From positions 61,095 to 125,094 of the IMG/VR virus record IMGVR_UViG_2808606540_000001: DNA of 64,000 nucleotides, one strand, 5' to 3'. Below, piece after piece: positions 48,167 through 59,848 of this stretch. Source of the DNA: a virus. Under the pieces are notes generated by a model that saw only the letters and a list, made by a program, of their open reading frames with translations, was not told where the DNA came from and did not search any database. A program made the translations under genes and the position numbers. Each line of letters begins with the position of its first letter. Within the stretch, counting starts at the first letter, position 1.

Positions 48167-49967
48167 TCAAAATATGTCGCAAAGAAAGATTGATGGATAT
48201 TTAAAGTTAGCAGAAGTAATACAGTGGGGTCGAAAAAATCCAGTAAAATTTGTTGAGCGATTTTTCGGTATGGAGTTACTAGACTATCAAAAGTATGTAT
48301 TTATGGAGAGTTGGTATAAGCAATATGTGCTGTGGTGTATGGGGCGTAACAGTGGTAAAACTACACTTGGCTCCCCTTTTATAATGGCTAAAAGCTTACT
48401 CATTCCTAACTTCCAAGCTTATATACTAGCAGGTGTCGGTTCTCAGTCACAAGAAATGTTCTTAAAAATAGAAAAAATCGCAAAGAGGGAAATTGCCTCG
48501 TTCACAGGTCTTACAGATGTATTTTATAACGAAACCGTTAAGAGTGCTGCTAATACTGATGGTTTCACTCATAATCCCGCTTCATTCCAATACAAGTTAT
48601 ATAATGGCTCCATTGTAAACTCTCTGAATGGATCTTTTGATAATAACCGTTCGAAACGTTCAAATTTAAACTTTTATGATGAATCTGGATTTGCTCCAGA
48701 TGAACTATTCACAACTTCTGAACCTTTTGCGGTACAGAATAGCGACTTCCGTTTAGGCGGAGATGTAGATGTTACCCTTTTCCCTAAACAGATGCCTAAC
48801 CAACTTGTGTATGCCTCTTCAGCATCCTCAACAGATACATATTTTTATCGAAAGTATTCTGACTTTGCTAAGAAAATGTTTCTTGGAGATAAAAGATATT
48901 TTGTTGCAGATATAAGTTCTGACGTTGTTATTAACGCTACATTTAATGGAAAACTCTATCCTGTTTCTCTTCTTTCTCAAGAGACTGTAGACGCAGCAAT
49001 GCGTGAAAATAAAGAAAAAGCAATGAGGGAATATAAGAACATTTTCACAACTGAGGGTTCTGACAATCAGATCATCAAGAGGGCTATGATAATTAGAAAC
49101 TCTGAAACTAGACCTCCTACTCTATCTAATGATGGTGGTAGGCAATTTGTATTTGCAATTGATCCGGCTCGTAATCATGATAACTCAGTATCTACTGTTG
49201 CTGAAATTATTGATGATCCAAACATTGGATACAGAATGGAAATTTCACACAATGTATCTTGGACTGACTTGGAAAAGAAGAAGAAGACTCCAATTAAGAC
49301 TCCTGATCAAATTAAAGACTTCAAACGTATGTTAATTGATTTTAATGGCGTAAAAGCTGCTGATTATGAAAACATACATAGAGTTCTTATCGATGCTGGT
49401 GCTGGTGGAGCCGGTATGAGTGCTTGGGCAGATGGTCTATTAGAAGACTGGAATGATTCAAATGGTAATTCCCATAGAGGACTAATAGATAAGAATCATG
49501 ACGAATACAAAAACTACATTTCTAAGTATCCTAATGCAGTAGATAAGATTACTTTGATTTCTCCACAAAAGTACAAAAAGGATATGTTCGAAGCTTTGAT
49601 AGAAATGATGAATCTAAACTTAATCTCATTTCCTGAAGCTTATGATTATAAAGGTGAACTTACTATTCCTTTGGAGAATGGTGAAGTAAAAAAATATAAA
49701 CTAACAGATGAAGAAATACTTTCACTGACAAATATCGATATTGCAAAAGAGGAATTGGTTAGTATATATGCTTTTAAGAGTTCGAATGGCAACGTGAGGT
49801 ATGATCTTCCACCTGACAAACAAAGTAAAATTGGTGATGACAGGGCATATACAATTGCCATGTTGGCTTGGTATTTACAGAAACTGAGGCGTGAAAAAAT
49901 CACGAACAAGCCTACACCCCTACAGGATATAAACAACTTGTTTATGTTTAAAAAGCCAGCAATATAA
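48159..49967 (+). CDS. yonF: Terminase large subunit
   Basis: GRNSGKT Walker A, FYDE Walker B, YASSA, IDPAR..D nuclease motif, DDRAY. Confidence 0.88.
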   Translation: MNNQNMSQRKIDGYLKLAEVIQWGRKNPVKFVERFFGMELLDYQKYVFMESWYKQYVLWCMGRNSGKTTLGSPFIMAKSLLIPNFQAYILAGVGSQSQEMFLKIEKIAKREIASFTGLTDVFYNETVKSAANTDGFTHNPASFQYKLYNGSIVNSLNGSFDNNRSKRSNLNFYDESGFAPDELFTTSEPFAVQNSDFRLGGDVDVTLFPKQMPNQLVYASSASSTDTYFYRKYSDFAKKMFLGDKRYFVADISSDVVINATFNGKLYPVSLLSQETVDAAMRENKEKAMREYKNIFTTEGSDNQIIKRAMIIRNSETRPPTLSNDGGRQFVFAIDPARNHDNSVSTVAEIIDDPNIGYRMEISHNVSWTDLEKKKKTPIKTPDQIKDFKRMLIDFNGVKAADYENIHRVLIDAGAGGAGMSAWADGLLEDWNDSNGNSHRGLIDKNHDEYKNYISKYPNAVDKITLISPQKYKKDMFEALIEMMNLNLISFPEAYDYKGELTIPLENGEVKKYKLTDEEILSLTNIDIAKEELVSIYAFKSSNGNVRYDLPPDKQSKIGDDRAYTIAMLAWYLQKLRREKITNKPTPLQDINNLFMFKKPAI

Positions 49968-49992
49968 AAATAATTAAAAGAGGAGGTGCGAA

Positions 49993-51459
49993 ATGACAGA
50001 GAAAGAAAAAAACAATACAGATCTTCAATCACCCTTATTTTTTGCATCGCAATTAGCAAAGGTTATTCTCTCAGATATTGAATCTAGTTCGAAAACTTCT
50101 CTTAATGCAAAATACAATAAAGATAAAATAATTGGATATCTTCAAGCTCCTGAAAAGGCAATGAAGGAATTGAGGAGTTTGAGTCAATACCTCTACAACG
50201 TCTCTCCAAACTACAAGAGACTTGTTCAATACTTTGCAGGTCTACTTAGGTTTGATTATATTGTAGAACCTTATGACTTAGATATTGAGAAAGTAAATAT
50301 TGACCAATTTAAGAAGCAATACAACAAAACATTGAAGTCATTGGAGATAATGAATATTCCTCATGAGTTCACCAAAGTTCTTAAATACGGATTTAAAGAA
50401 GATGTCTTCTACGGATATGAATTTTCCACAGATGACTCCTATTACATTAAAAGACTTGATCCTGATTTCTGTAAAATTTCGTCTATTGAAGATGGAGTTT
50501 ACAACTTTTCTTTTGACTTTTCGTTTTTCAAAAAGGACAGTGAAGTAGAAGCCTATCCACAAGAATTCAAGTCCAAATATAAGCAATATAAAAATGACAG
50601 GAAGAAACAGTGGCAGGAGTTAGAATCTAAAAATACCATTTGTTTTAAAGTGAATGAGGAACTTGTATATCCCATGCCTCCCTTTTCCTCTGTGTTCGAA
50701 GCTATATTTGACATTGATGACAACAAGAGAATGAGAAAAGTAAAAACAAAAATGGATAATTACATGATTCTGACACAAAAGATTCCAATCGCAAGTAATC
50801 AGACAGAACCTAATAAATTTCTCATTGATATGGATACAGCTATGAACTTTCATAAGATGGCTTCTGGTTCACTTCCTGATGAAGTTGGACTAATAACATC
50901 CCCTATGGACATCGAAGCAATCAAATTGGAACGTGGAAAGAATAACGACAATGACAATGTTGCTGAATCAGAGAGAAATTACTATAACGCAGCAGGAGTT
51001 AGTCAGGCTCTGTTTAACACGGACAAATCATCCGTAGCTAGTATGGGAAAATCTATTATAACTGACGAACAGATTGTCTTTATGGCTCTTCAGCAATTAG
51101 AAAGATGGCTCAATCGAAAATTAAAGCAAAGTAATGGTAAGTATAAGTTCCGAGTAAAATTCTTAGAAACTACAAGATTTAACGTAGATACCGTTCGAGA
51201 TGGGTTACTTAAATCTGCTCAGTATGGAATGCCAGTAAAATCTGCTCTAGCTGCTACATGGGGGTATACTCCAAGTGCTTTTATGAATATGACATTCCTA
51301 GAAAATGAGATTATGAATCTGCCAGAAAAACTTATCCCCCTCTCTTCTTCTCACACTACTTCTGGGAAAGATGGTGCAGGAGCACCTGCTAAGAATGAAG
51401 ATGAGTTAACGGATTCTGGTGTTCAAACTAGAGACAATGATGGAAACATTAGGGAATGA
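49993..51459 (+). CDS. yonE: Portal protein
   Basis: 488 aa after the terminase; SPbeta-type synteny; PLSSSHT C-terminal motif. Confidence 0.75.
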   Translation: MTEKEKNNTDLQSPLFFASQLAKVILSDIESSSKTSLNAKYNKDKIIGYLQAPEKAMKELRSLSQYLYNVSPNYKRLVQYFAGLLRFDYIVEPYDLDIEKVNIDQFKKQYNKTLKSLEIMNIPHEFTKVLKYGFKEDVFYGYEFSTDDSYYIKRLDPDFCKISSIEDGVYNFSFDFSFFKKDSEVEAYPQEFKSKYKQYKNDRKKQWQELESKNTICFKVNEELVYPMPPFSSVFEAIFDIDDNKRMRKVKTKMDNYMILTQKIPIASNQTEPNKFLIDMDTAMNFHKMASGSLPDEVGLITSPMDIEAIKLERGKNNDNDNVAESERNYYNAAGVSQALFNTDKSSVASMGKSIITDEQIVFMALQQLERWLNRKLKQSNGKYKFRVKFLETTRFNVDTVRDGLLKSAQYGMPVKSALAATWGYTPSAFMNMTFLENEIMNLPEKLIPLSSSHTTSGKDGAGAPAKNEDELTDSGVQTRDNDGNIRE

Positions 51460-51483
51460 TTAAGAAGTTCCCATTGAGAGGAG

Positions 51484-53016
51484 GTGAAATGGTTGGATAA
51501 TAAGATTGACACGCTAGTTCCTGTTCTATTTCAGAAACTAAAAACTTATGAAGACGAATCCGAAGATACACGTTTTCTTAAAGTGAAAATCTGGCTGATG
51601 CATACAGAAGAAAATCTCAATGGTAGTTACTTCAGTAAGGAGTCTGTTGAAGCAGCAATCCCTACACTGGCTAACACTCCAATTCTCGCATACATTGAAG
51701 ATAATTCTGAAGGTGAAGAGGATTTCTCTGATCACAGAATGATTTTAGTTAAAGAAGATGGAAAGTTTAAGGTTAAGTATGTAGGGCAGGCAATAGGACT
51801 TATTCCTGAAAATAATGATGCCCAATTTGAAAGCAGAGTCTGTGATGATGGAATTGAACGTGAGTTCCTAACGGTTACTGGATATGTCTGGACAAAATTT
51901 GATTCACCTATTGATATTTTTAATAGAGATGAAATTAAATCTCAGTCTATGGAGTTGCATGACAATTATCAAGGTGAATGGAAGGATGATGGTTTATTCC
52001 ATTTCACTAAATTCTCCTTTTACGGTGCGTGTGCTTTAGGAAATGACGTTCTCCCTGCTATGAGATCAGCTACCATAGAAGCTCAATTCTCTCAAGATAA
52101 ACTCTTTGAGGAAATCAATAGTAAGATGGAAAAATTTAAACTTACATACAGTGAGTTTGAAAAAGGAGGTAATGCAAAAGTGGATGAAAAGTTAGAACTT
52201 TTGGCTAAGTATTCATTAACTGAAGAAGACCTTGCTGAAAAAGGTATTGTTTTAGCAGACTTTTCTGTTGAGGAATTAGAAGCAAAACTTATTGAGTTAA
52301 AAGAGCCAGAGCAAGAATTCACTTTGACAGGCGAGCAGTTTGTTTCAGAACTAGTGAATGAATTACGCAAAGAAAAAATCAAAGATGATTGGGATTGGGA
52401 ATATTCCCGTTACAGTTATGTTGACTACAAAGAGAATGAAGTATTTGCTTATGACTGGACAGAAAACTATACACTTTATGGATTCACATTCTCAGCCGAT
52501 GGAGACAAAATTACAATTGATTTTGATTCTAAGAAGCGTAAGAAGTTTGAAATTGTTGACTTTGATGAAGGTACTTCAGGGGAATTCAGTGTAATCCCTA
52601 AAGATGCTCTTGAGTATGAAGTAAAAGTAGCTGAAAAGAAGATTGAAGATAAATTTGGCAAAGAACAAGAAACCCTTAAAGAACAATTCTCTAAGCTTGA
52701 GCAAGATGCTGAAGAACTTCGTCAATTCAAAGCTGGCAAACTTCAAGAAGAGCGCACTGAAAAGGAATCTGCTCTATTTGATAGTTTCTCAAACGAATTG
52801 ACTGAAGAAGATGTTAAGGATCTAAAAGAAACTGCATCTGAGTTCTCTCTTGAGCAATTAGAAGAAAAGTTGTTCACTTTGGTTGGTAAAAAGAAAGCTA
52901 ATTTTACTAAGCAACCTAAACGTGAAAAACAAACATCTGTAAAAATAGAAGTTGAAAATACTTCAACTGAAGAACCTGCACCATACGGTGGGCTTTTAGA
53001 AAAATTTTCAAAATAA
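51484..53016 (+). CDS. yonD: Prohead protease/scaffold protein
   Basis: N-terminal H...NLNGS...QSMEL...GACALG..V.PAM protease-like domain + acidic coiled coil. Confidence 0.7.
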   Translation: MKWLDNKIDTLVPVLFQKLKTYEDESEDTRFLKVKIWLMHTEENLNGSYFSKESVEAAIPTLANTPILAYIEDNSEGEEDFSDHRMILVKEDGKFKVKYVGQAIGLIPENNDAQFESRVCDDGIEREFLTVTGYVWTKFDSPIDIFNRDEIKSQSMELHDNYQGEWKDDGLFHFTKFSFYGACALGNDVLPAMRSATIEAQFSQDKLFEEINSKMEKFKLTYSEFEKGGNAKVDEKLELLAKYSLTEEDLAEKGIVLADFSVEELEAKLIELKEPEQEFTLTGEQFVSELVNELRKEKIKDDWDWEYSRYSYVDYKENEVFAYDWTENYTLYGFTFSADGDKITIDFDSKKRKKFEIVDFDEGTSGEFSVIPKDALEYEVKVAEKKIEDKFGKEQETLKEQFSKLEQDAEELRQFKAGKLQEERTEKESALFDSFSNELTEEDVKDLKETASEFSLEQLEEKLFTLVGKKKANFTKQPKREKQTSVKIEVENTSTEEPAPYGGLLEKFSK

Positions 53017-53086
53017 TTTAGGTTTCATTGAGCGTTCTTATTAAGAAGGCTTTTTTATTTTTATAAAAATTAGGAGGAAATAAATA

Positions 53087-53617
53087 ATGGCAAACAGTGT
53101 TGTTAGATTAGATAAGCTTAAATCCGTTTACGGAGGTCACATTTTCTCAGTTCGTGCTGCTGAAGAAATGCAGAATGGTTTTGTTGCACACCTTGGAAAT
53201 CTTGAAGATGGTGAGCGTGAAGTTTACGCAATTGACAAGCCAGCTACTGCTACTATCGCTGAAAAAGGTCTTGTATTGATTGCTAACCCTGCTATCAACT
53301 ATGATGAAAGGCTTCGTTCTGAGCAAGATTACAAAATCGAAGCTGGTGAAGCTGTTCGTGCTTACGAGCTGAACGAGCGTGACATCTTCTCTGTTACTAA
53401 AGAAGGTCTTTCTCTTATCGGTGCAGACGCAGTTAAAGGTAACTATGTAGTTGCACAAAATGGTTCTTTCAAACTTAAAGAAGTAGCAACTCTAACTGGT
53501 GATGAAGCTTTCGTTGGTAAAATCGTTCGTCAAGATCAAATTGGTACTAGCACAATTGCCGCTAGTGGTCGCATCCTTACTTACGTTGTAATCGAAGTCG
53601 TTAAAAACAAAAACTAA
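53087..53617 (+). CDS. YonC-like head structural/decoration protein
   Basis: Between scaffold and capsid; high-expression codon usage. Confidence 0.6.
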   Translation: MANSVVRLDKLKSVYGGHIFSVRAAEEMQNGFVAHLGNLEDGEREVYAIDKPATATIAEKGLVLIANPAINYDERLRSEQDYKIEAGEAVRAYELNERDIFSVTKEGLSLIGADAVKGNYVVAQNGSFKLKEVATLTGDEAFVGKIVRQDQIGTSTIAASGRILTYVVIEVVKNKN

Positions 53618-53665
53618 TTAATGTAAAATAATTTAGTACATTGATATTTTAGGAGGAAATTAATA

Positions 53666-54664
53666 ATGAAACAAGATTTGGTAAAATTATGTGTAGATAC
53701 TGTACGTGGTCAAGTACAGAACTACTCTTCAGAAAAAGCAAGTGATGTAATTCGTAAAGCGTTCTTTGAAATTATGGGCACTGAAAAGCCAACTTTCAAA
53801 GATGTTCGTAGACATAAAGTAGAAGTATTTGAAATCCTTGAAGAAGTTCTTGATAACACTGTGATCAATGGAGTAAACGAAGATGAGTTCTTCATGCAAT
53901 TTGCTGAAGTTCGTAACGTTGCTCTTGGTGATTCCATTAAATTCAACGTACCTGATAACAGCCTTCTTGTTGCTTCTGAGCTTGCAGGAAACCACTGGGA
54001 TATCACTCGTCAAAAATTAGATGCTGGTGTAGATTTCACAGTTGATACAAAAGCTTTCGGTCTTGCTGTCTATGCCGACTTCTTGGCTTTCCTTGCTGGT
54101 CGTATCGATTTCGCTGCTCTTGTTGCAAAAGTTGCTCGTGCAATGCAAGATCTTATTTACCAAGAAGTTGCTGCTTCATTCGCCGCTGCATCTGCTTCCC
54201 TTCCATCTCAATTCAAGGCTACTGGTACATACGATGAGTCTCAATTGGTTGAAATTGCTGCACATGTAGAAGCTGCTTCTGGAACTGCTCCAGTTATCGT
54301 TGGTACTCGTAAAGCACTTGCTAAAGTTACTGCTGGAATCAACCCTGCACTTCTTTCTGACCGTACTAAGGACAACCTTAACAACACTGGTCGTATTGAA
54401 GTTGTAAATGGTATGACTCTTGTTCAACTTCCAACTGTTCATAAAGCCAACTCTTTTGAATTCGCTTATGACGATAACCAACTTCTTATCCTCCCTTCTG
54501 GTGAGAATAAGCCAGTTAAACTTGTATACGAAGGTGACAGCCTTGTTAAAGAAGTTTCTGATGGAACAGAAAACATGGATATGTCTCTTGAGTACAAATT
54601 CATCACAAAGTTCGGTACTAATGTAGTATTCTCTAGCCTGTACGGAGTTTACAAACTTAGCTAA
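53666..54664 (+). CDS. yonB: Major capsid protein
   Basis: 332 aa, strongly biased codons, SPbeta-type synteny, followed by a terminator-like hairpin. Confidence 0.8.
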   Translation: MKQDLVKLCVDTVRGQVQNYSSEKASDVIRKAFFEIMGTEKPTFKDVRRHKVEVFEILEEVLDNTVINGVNEDEFFMQFAEVRNVALGDSIKFNVPDNSLLVASELAGNHWDITRQKLDAGVDFTVDTKAFGLAVYADFLAFLAGRIDFAALVAKVARAMQDLIYQEVAASFAAASASLPSQFKATGTYDESQLVEIAAHVEAASGTAPVIVGTRKALAKVTAGINPALLSDRTKDNLNNTGRIEVVNGMTLVQLPTVHKANSFEFAYDDNQLLILPSGENKPVKLVYEGDSLVKEVSDGTENMDMSLEYKFITKFGTNVVFSSLYGVYKLS

Positions 54665-54742
54665 TTAAATACAAAATAAGTTAATGTATGAGGGTGGATT
54701 TACATCTGCCCTCTTTTAAATGGATTATAAGGAGGAAATAAA

Positions 54743-57700
54743 ATGGCTGAAAAGAAAACACCTGCAAAAAGGAAAGCACCTGCTAAAAAAGCGGTTGAAG
54801 AAACTCAAATTGTTGAAAAAGCAGAAGAAGTTACTGAAACTCCAGCACCTACACCTAAGCGTAAGCAAAAAGTTGAAATTGACCGCAACGAGTTAGTTTC
54901 TTGTAGAAATGTAACTGATGGTCAATTGATCTACAAATCTCGTAAAAATGGTTTGACAACTGTTTGGATGAATCATGGTGACACAGAATATCTTGAAGTT
55001 GCTGAACTTCTCACAATGAAAGCTTCACAACCTAAATTCTTGAATGATGTATGGCTTGTAATTGATGACGAAGATGTAGTGGAATTTTTGGGACTTAAAC
55101 ACATTTATAAAAACATTGTGGATATTGATGATGTGGATTCTTTCTTTGATAAGTCTCCTTCTGATATGGCTGAGGCATTAACTAAACTTCCAAAAGGGTT
55201 GCAAGATACTATTGGAACAAGGGCTAGAAAGCTAATTGAGTCTGGTGAACTTTATGATACAAGGAAAATTTCTGCACTTGAGGAAGCATTGAAGATTGAA
55301 CTAAAAATGTTTGTTGAATAATAGGAGGTATTAGGATGACTACCTCTTATGAAGAAATTTACTCTCGGTTTCTACCTAAAATTACAGACTATACTTTCTA
55401 CAATGCACCCAAGGAAGAAGTAGAGGACTTCATGCTCCCTCTTCTTAAATCATCCATCGTAAATTTTAGATACTGTGATAAGTTAGGTGATCGTGATGAT
55501 TCCCTTAAACAGTTTAATCTAGATTTATCCGATGAGGAACAAGAAATACTGTCTGTTCTAATGTGCGTGGAATATCTTACGCCAAAATTACTTACTGATG
55601 ATTTATTAAAGCAAAAACTCAATTCCAAAGACTATTCACTTTACTCCCAAGCCAATCAAATTAAAGAAATCAGACAAGTTCGAGATGACTTTTCAAGCAA
55701 AGCTAACTCAATGATGATGCTGTACACATACAAGGCGACTAGAATGGACGGTTTCAAGTCATGTTAGCAATGGAAAGCACCTTATATCATAACTATCTCG
55801 AAGTTTCTAAAAACCGGATATTTAAGATCCTTCCACTCATTGAGGAAGAAAATGATGGCTTGTATCATTACATTGATTCTCTTTTGTTTGAATTATACGG
55901 CTTGCAATATGTAGTGAATGGAGTTAAGGATTCCTTTTCTTATCTGTCAATTCTTTGCGGATTAGAATCTATCCTTGATGAAACTCTGGTCAATGAAAGA
56001 GACTTTAAATTCATCAGAAGCGAAATATTTAAATTAATTGGTCTTGTTGAGAGTCTGCAGAAAGGAGAATAAATATGAGTTATTTGGACTTATATAATAG
56101 ACGACTTAATTCTGCTGGAAACTCTTCAAGTGAATCAATTATTAATTCGACTAAGCAAAGCATAAATGGCAGTTTTAGTTCTTCTTTAGGATATCAGACT
56201 GTATTGATTGACGGTGTGGAGAAGGAATCAATTATTTCTCAAGGTAAGACTAGTGATGATAAGAAAATTCTATTACTACCTGACGAAAAGTTGAATATTG
56301 GATCACTGGTTTACATTGGTGATTTTCATTATCTGACGCTTGATTCTTTTAACGAAGGAATTAATGAGGTTTATCCGACAGGTGTTCTTAAGAAATGCAA
56401 CTCTACCCTGCCTATCCAATCCGGTAAAACAAGAGTTTTAATTGGAAACAATCCTAGAACTGGTGAGCCTATTTATGATTGGGTTGAAGGTGAAGAAACA
56501 CTTGTTCCTTGTGTAACTGAAACTAAGTATTCCATTAGGGAGAACAATGATAAGATCCCCATTCCTGATGGAACTATGCTCATTACAATGCAATACAAGG
56601 AATCCTTACCTATTCAGCATAACTTTGAATTTTCTATGTATGATGAGCGCTATAAGGTTCTTAATATTGATAAGACAAAAGTATTAAACGGAAAAGGTAT
56701 CATAGTCATCACTGCTGAAAGGGTGCAAATAAGTGAACCTTAAAGATTTCTCCATTGAAGTAGAAGCTATTTTAGTCGATGAAGAATTATTGAGGCTCCT
56801 ACATTACTCCCCTAAAAATGGTATGGATGACCCTCTTGATTCCTCAAAACCTAATATACTCGACAAACCAAGTGAAGATAAATGGGATATAATCCGACAT
56901 CACATTGTTCCTGCAATTAAACTGGACGACCTAGAAAATGAAAAGAAATGCAGGATATTCTATTATGCTGGTGCTGGAAATCCAACAAACAATAACTATT
57001 TGTTTAGTAACCAAGAGTATGTATTTGAAATTTTAGTGCCGTATGATTTTCAGATAATTGATAAGAGACTTGAGATGATTTGCGACAGAATAAATGATCT
57101 AGTATCCAATAAACAAATTGGTGGAGTCGGTAATACTTTCTTTAGAAGAAGATCCCCTATTTCAGTAACCAAAGATTACTTAGGATTCAGATTGGTGTAT
57201 GAATACGTCAGTGAGAACTATTAATGAGTCCAGATGTTGAATTTTCATTAATCGTTGGTACTCCTGTAAAACTGGATGACTTAGGCTACATATACTTACC
57301 CACCATTAAAGAAATAGCTACAATTGGATTTACTAATTATCAGACATACTTATCAAACCTTCTTATCACTAAAAATGACTTCATAAAGATGCTAGAGATT
57401 AAGGATGATTATTTGTCTGAATTTAACTCTATGTCTGACTTTGAAGCATATCGTACTATTTGCATTGGTGTACCTGAATTCAAAGAAGTTGTAATAGAAG
57501 CTTTGGAATACTTCACTAAAAGTAGGTTCTCATTTTCTGATGAGAATTTTTTTATTTCTACAGACACTTCCTCCTCTCCCCTATCTGAAGATCAATTTTA
57601 CTTCATTCAAGATATTTTGCGTATAGCAAACAACATTGAAAAAGACAGTGATGAGGAAGATTTTAATCCAGCAAATGAAATGGCAAAAAAATTCATGGAT

Positions 57701-57961
57701 ATGATCAAGAAAAATAAGAAAAAGCAGCCAAAGAGAAAAGAGAAAATTAACTTGATTAGTATAATATCTTCTTTGCGCTGGAAATCTTGTGAATCTGAAA
57801 ATATCAATAATCTGACCGTTTATCAACTGTATGACGGTTTTTCGAGGTTAAATGCGATTGATGATTACCACTATACTTTAACCGGAATCTACAGTGGAAC
57901 AGTTGACCTTAAGAAAGCCAACCTGTCCGATAAACATTGGGCAAACATTATTAAAAAATAA
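54743..57961 (+). CDS. Head-completion/head-tail genes (54743-55321, 55336-55767, 55761-56072, 56075-56743, 56733-57224, 57224-57961), YonA/YomZ-YomV-like
   Basis: Tightly coupled ORFs between capsid and tail genes. Confidence 0.65.
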
Positions 57962-57988
57962 TTAAATTTAATGGAGGATGATTTCTAC

Positions 57989-58774
57989 ATGGCTACACCT
58001 AATAAATGGGCAGTACGCTCGGTTGCTCGTGCAACATTCTATGATCTTGTAACTAATAATGCTATTGCTTACCTTGACACTCTAAAAACTTCTGGAGTAA
58101 ATACAACTTCTGAAACTTCTTATGCTCGTGGTGGAGACGGTAACGTTAAGCTAGTTGGATTCAGTTCCAACAAAGAATCTAGGATTACTCTAGAGGATGC
58201 TATTTTTGACAACACTGTTCTTGGAATGCTTACAGGTAATGATGTAGTAACTGGAGTAGCACAAGACATTTACAAGCGTGAAATTCTTGAAGTTGTCGGA
58301 GGTAAAGTTACTCTTTCTAAAACTCCTAAAGGCGACCTTTTGAGCGTATATTCTCTTAAAGTTGATGGAACTCATGATGAACTGCAAGTTGAAGGTATCC
58401 CTGTTGCCGATGAAGGTACATATGAGCTAGTTGGTAAGGAATTGACTGTTGACACTGCTTTAAACGGTAGAAAAATTGCAGTTTACTACATGGTGGAGTC
58501 TGACACTACTGCAACTGAAATCAAAGTTACTTCTGATGCATTTGGTGGTTCTTTCAAACTTGTCTTGGACGTTCTTGTGCGTGACTACTACACTAAGAAA
58601 GACTTTGCTGCTCAGTTAATTATTCCAAACGGTAAAATTGAAGATGAGTGGGAATTCAGCTTTACTCCTGATGGAGATCCTGCTACGCTTTCTATCCCTA
58701 TTGAAGTACTTCGTGACCCTTCAAGTACAGATATGTGGACTATGAAGATTTATGATGATTCACTGATTCAATAA
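57989..58774 (+). CDS. Major tail protein (YomU-like)
   Basis: GGAGG RBS before MATPN; YARGG.GN..L; biased codons; followed by a terminator. Confidence 0.7.
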   Translation: MATPNKWAVRSVARATFYDLVTNNAIAYLDTLKTSGVNTTSETSYARGGDGNVKLVGFSSNKESRITLEDAIFDNTVLGMLTGNDVVTGVAQDIYKREILEVVGGKVTLSKTPKGDLLSVYSLKVDGTHDELQVEGIPVADEGTYELVGKELTVDTALNGRKIAVYYMVESDTTATEIKVTSDAFGGSFKLVLDVLVRDYYTKKDFAAQLIIPNGKIEDEWEFSFTPDGDPATLSIPIEVLRDPSSTDMWTMKIYDDSLIQ

Positions 58775-58847
58775 TAAATAAACTAACATGAGTAGGTGGA
58801 CTAATCTCCCCTACTCTTTTTTTTAGGATTAAAAGGAGGAAAAATAA

Positions 58848-59837
58848 ATGGCTAAAAAATCAACAGAGCTGAAATTATCGGACATCAAGAAAAACGCTAA
58901 ATCCATGCACACGATGGAACCCTACGAATTAGAAGATGGTAAGACTATTACCTTCTATCCCCTCTTCCCTGAATTGATGATTGAGCAAATGCTTGAAGAA
59001 ATTCAGAAACACTACATCACTTTACATGAAAATGACATCGAATTTTCAGAGAAAATGAATCTGTATTTCATCAATCTAATGATGATTAAATATTTCACCC
59101 ATTTCAAAAAAGATATGCCAGACAGCCTATTTGCTGAAGGAAAGAAAGCTGGATTATTAGATTGGTTAAATCACTTTGCTGATACAGGGCTGCTGAAAAC
59201 AATTATGGATGAAGTGTTTATGAAGGATCAAGTGATGAAGGTTCATGACAAAATCGCTGAATTCATCGGTGCAAGTCAGTTGCTTGAGGAATTGGGAGTT
59301 AAAGCTCAGAAGAAATTTGAGGATTTGAAGTTAAAGAATGCTGATGTGTTTGAGCAATTAAACAAAATGAATGTTCAGTAAGTGAGTTGATATAGTTTGC
59401 CCAGTTTTAAAAACATGAAGGAATTAGAGAAGTTTTTAAATCAAACAATACAGGACTCTTTAAAAACTGATGTGTCTAAGAAGATAGTTAAAGTTGCTGA
59501 GGACAGAGTTCAAAAAGATGTGTATAACGTTTACACACCGAAGGAGTACACTCGTTCCGGTGAATTAAAAAAGAGTTTTGAAGTAAAAGAGATTCCGAAT
59601 GGTATTGAAATTGAGAATACGCGAAAAGACGGTAACAGAGAAATTGATGAAATTATTGAGTATGGTCATGACAAATCTGCACAAGGATACGAATACCCTG
59701 CGTATTATCCCGGTGGCGACAACTTTACGCAGCCAAGACCATTTATTGAAAATACAAGGCAGCAAATTTTGAATGAAAATATACATGCAGATGAATTAAG
59801 AAAGAGTCTAAATAAAAAAGGACTAGATGTAAAGTAG
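58848..59837 (+). CDS. Tail assembly proteins (58848-59381 chaperone-like; 59397-59837 tail-completion-like)
   Basis: Position; YTP.EY.RSGEL...PRPF motif in the second ORF. Confidence 0.55.
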
Positions 59838-59848
59838 GAGGTGAAATA

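Noticed and set aside
58848..59400. Programmed frameshift in the tail chaperone gene
   Set aside because: No clear slippery site near the stop; the next ORF has its own start.
1610..59786. Numerous antisense or nested ORFs in the track (e.g. 1610-1990, 20527-20883, 30674-31159, 49646-50059, 53722-54013)
   Set aside because: They shadow well-supported genes, lack an RBS and have no recognisable motifs.
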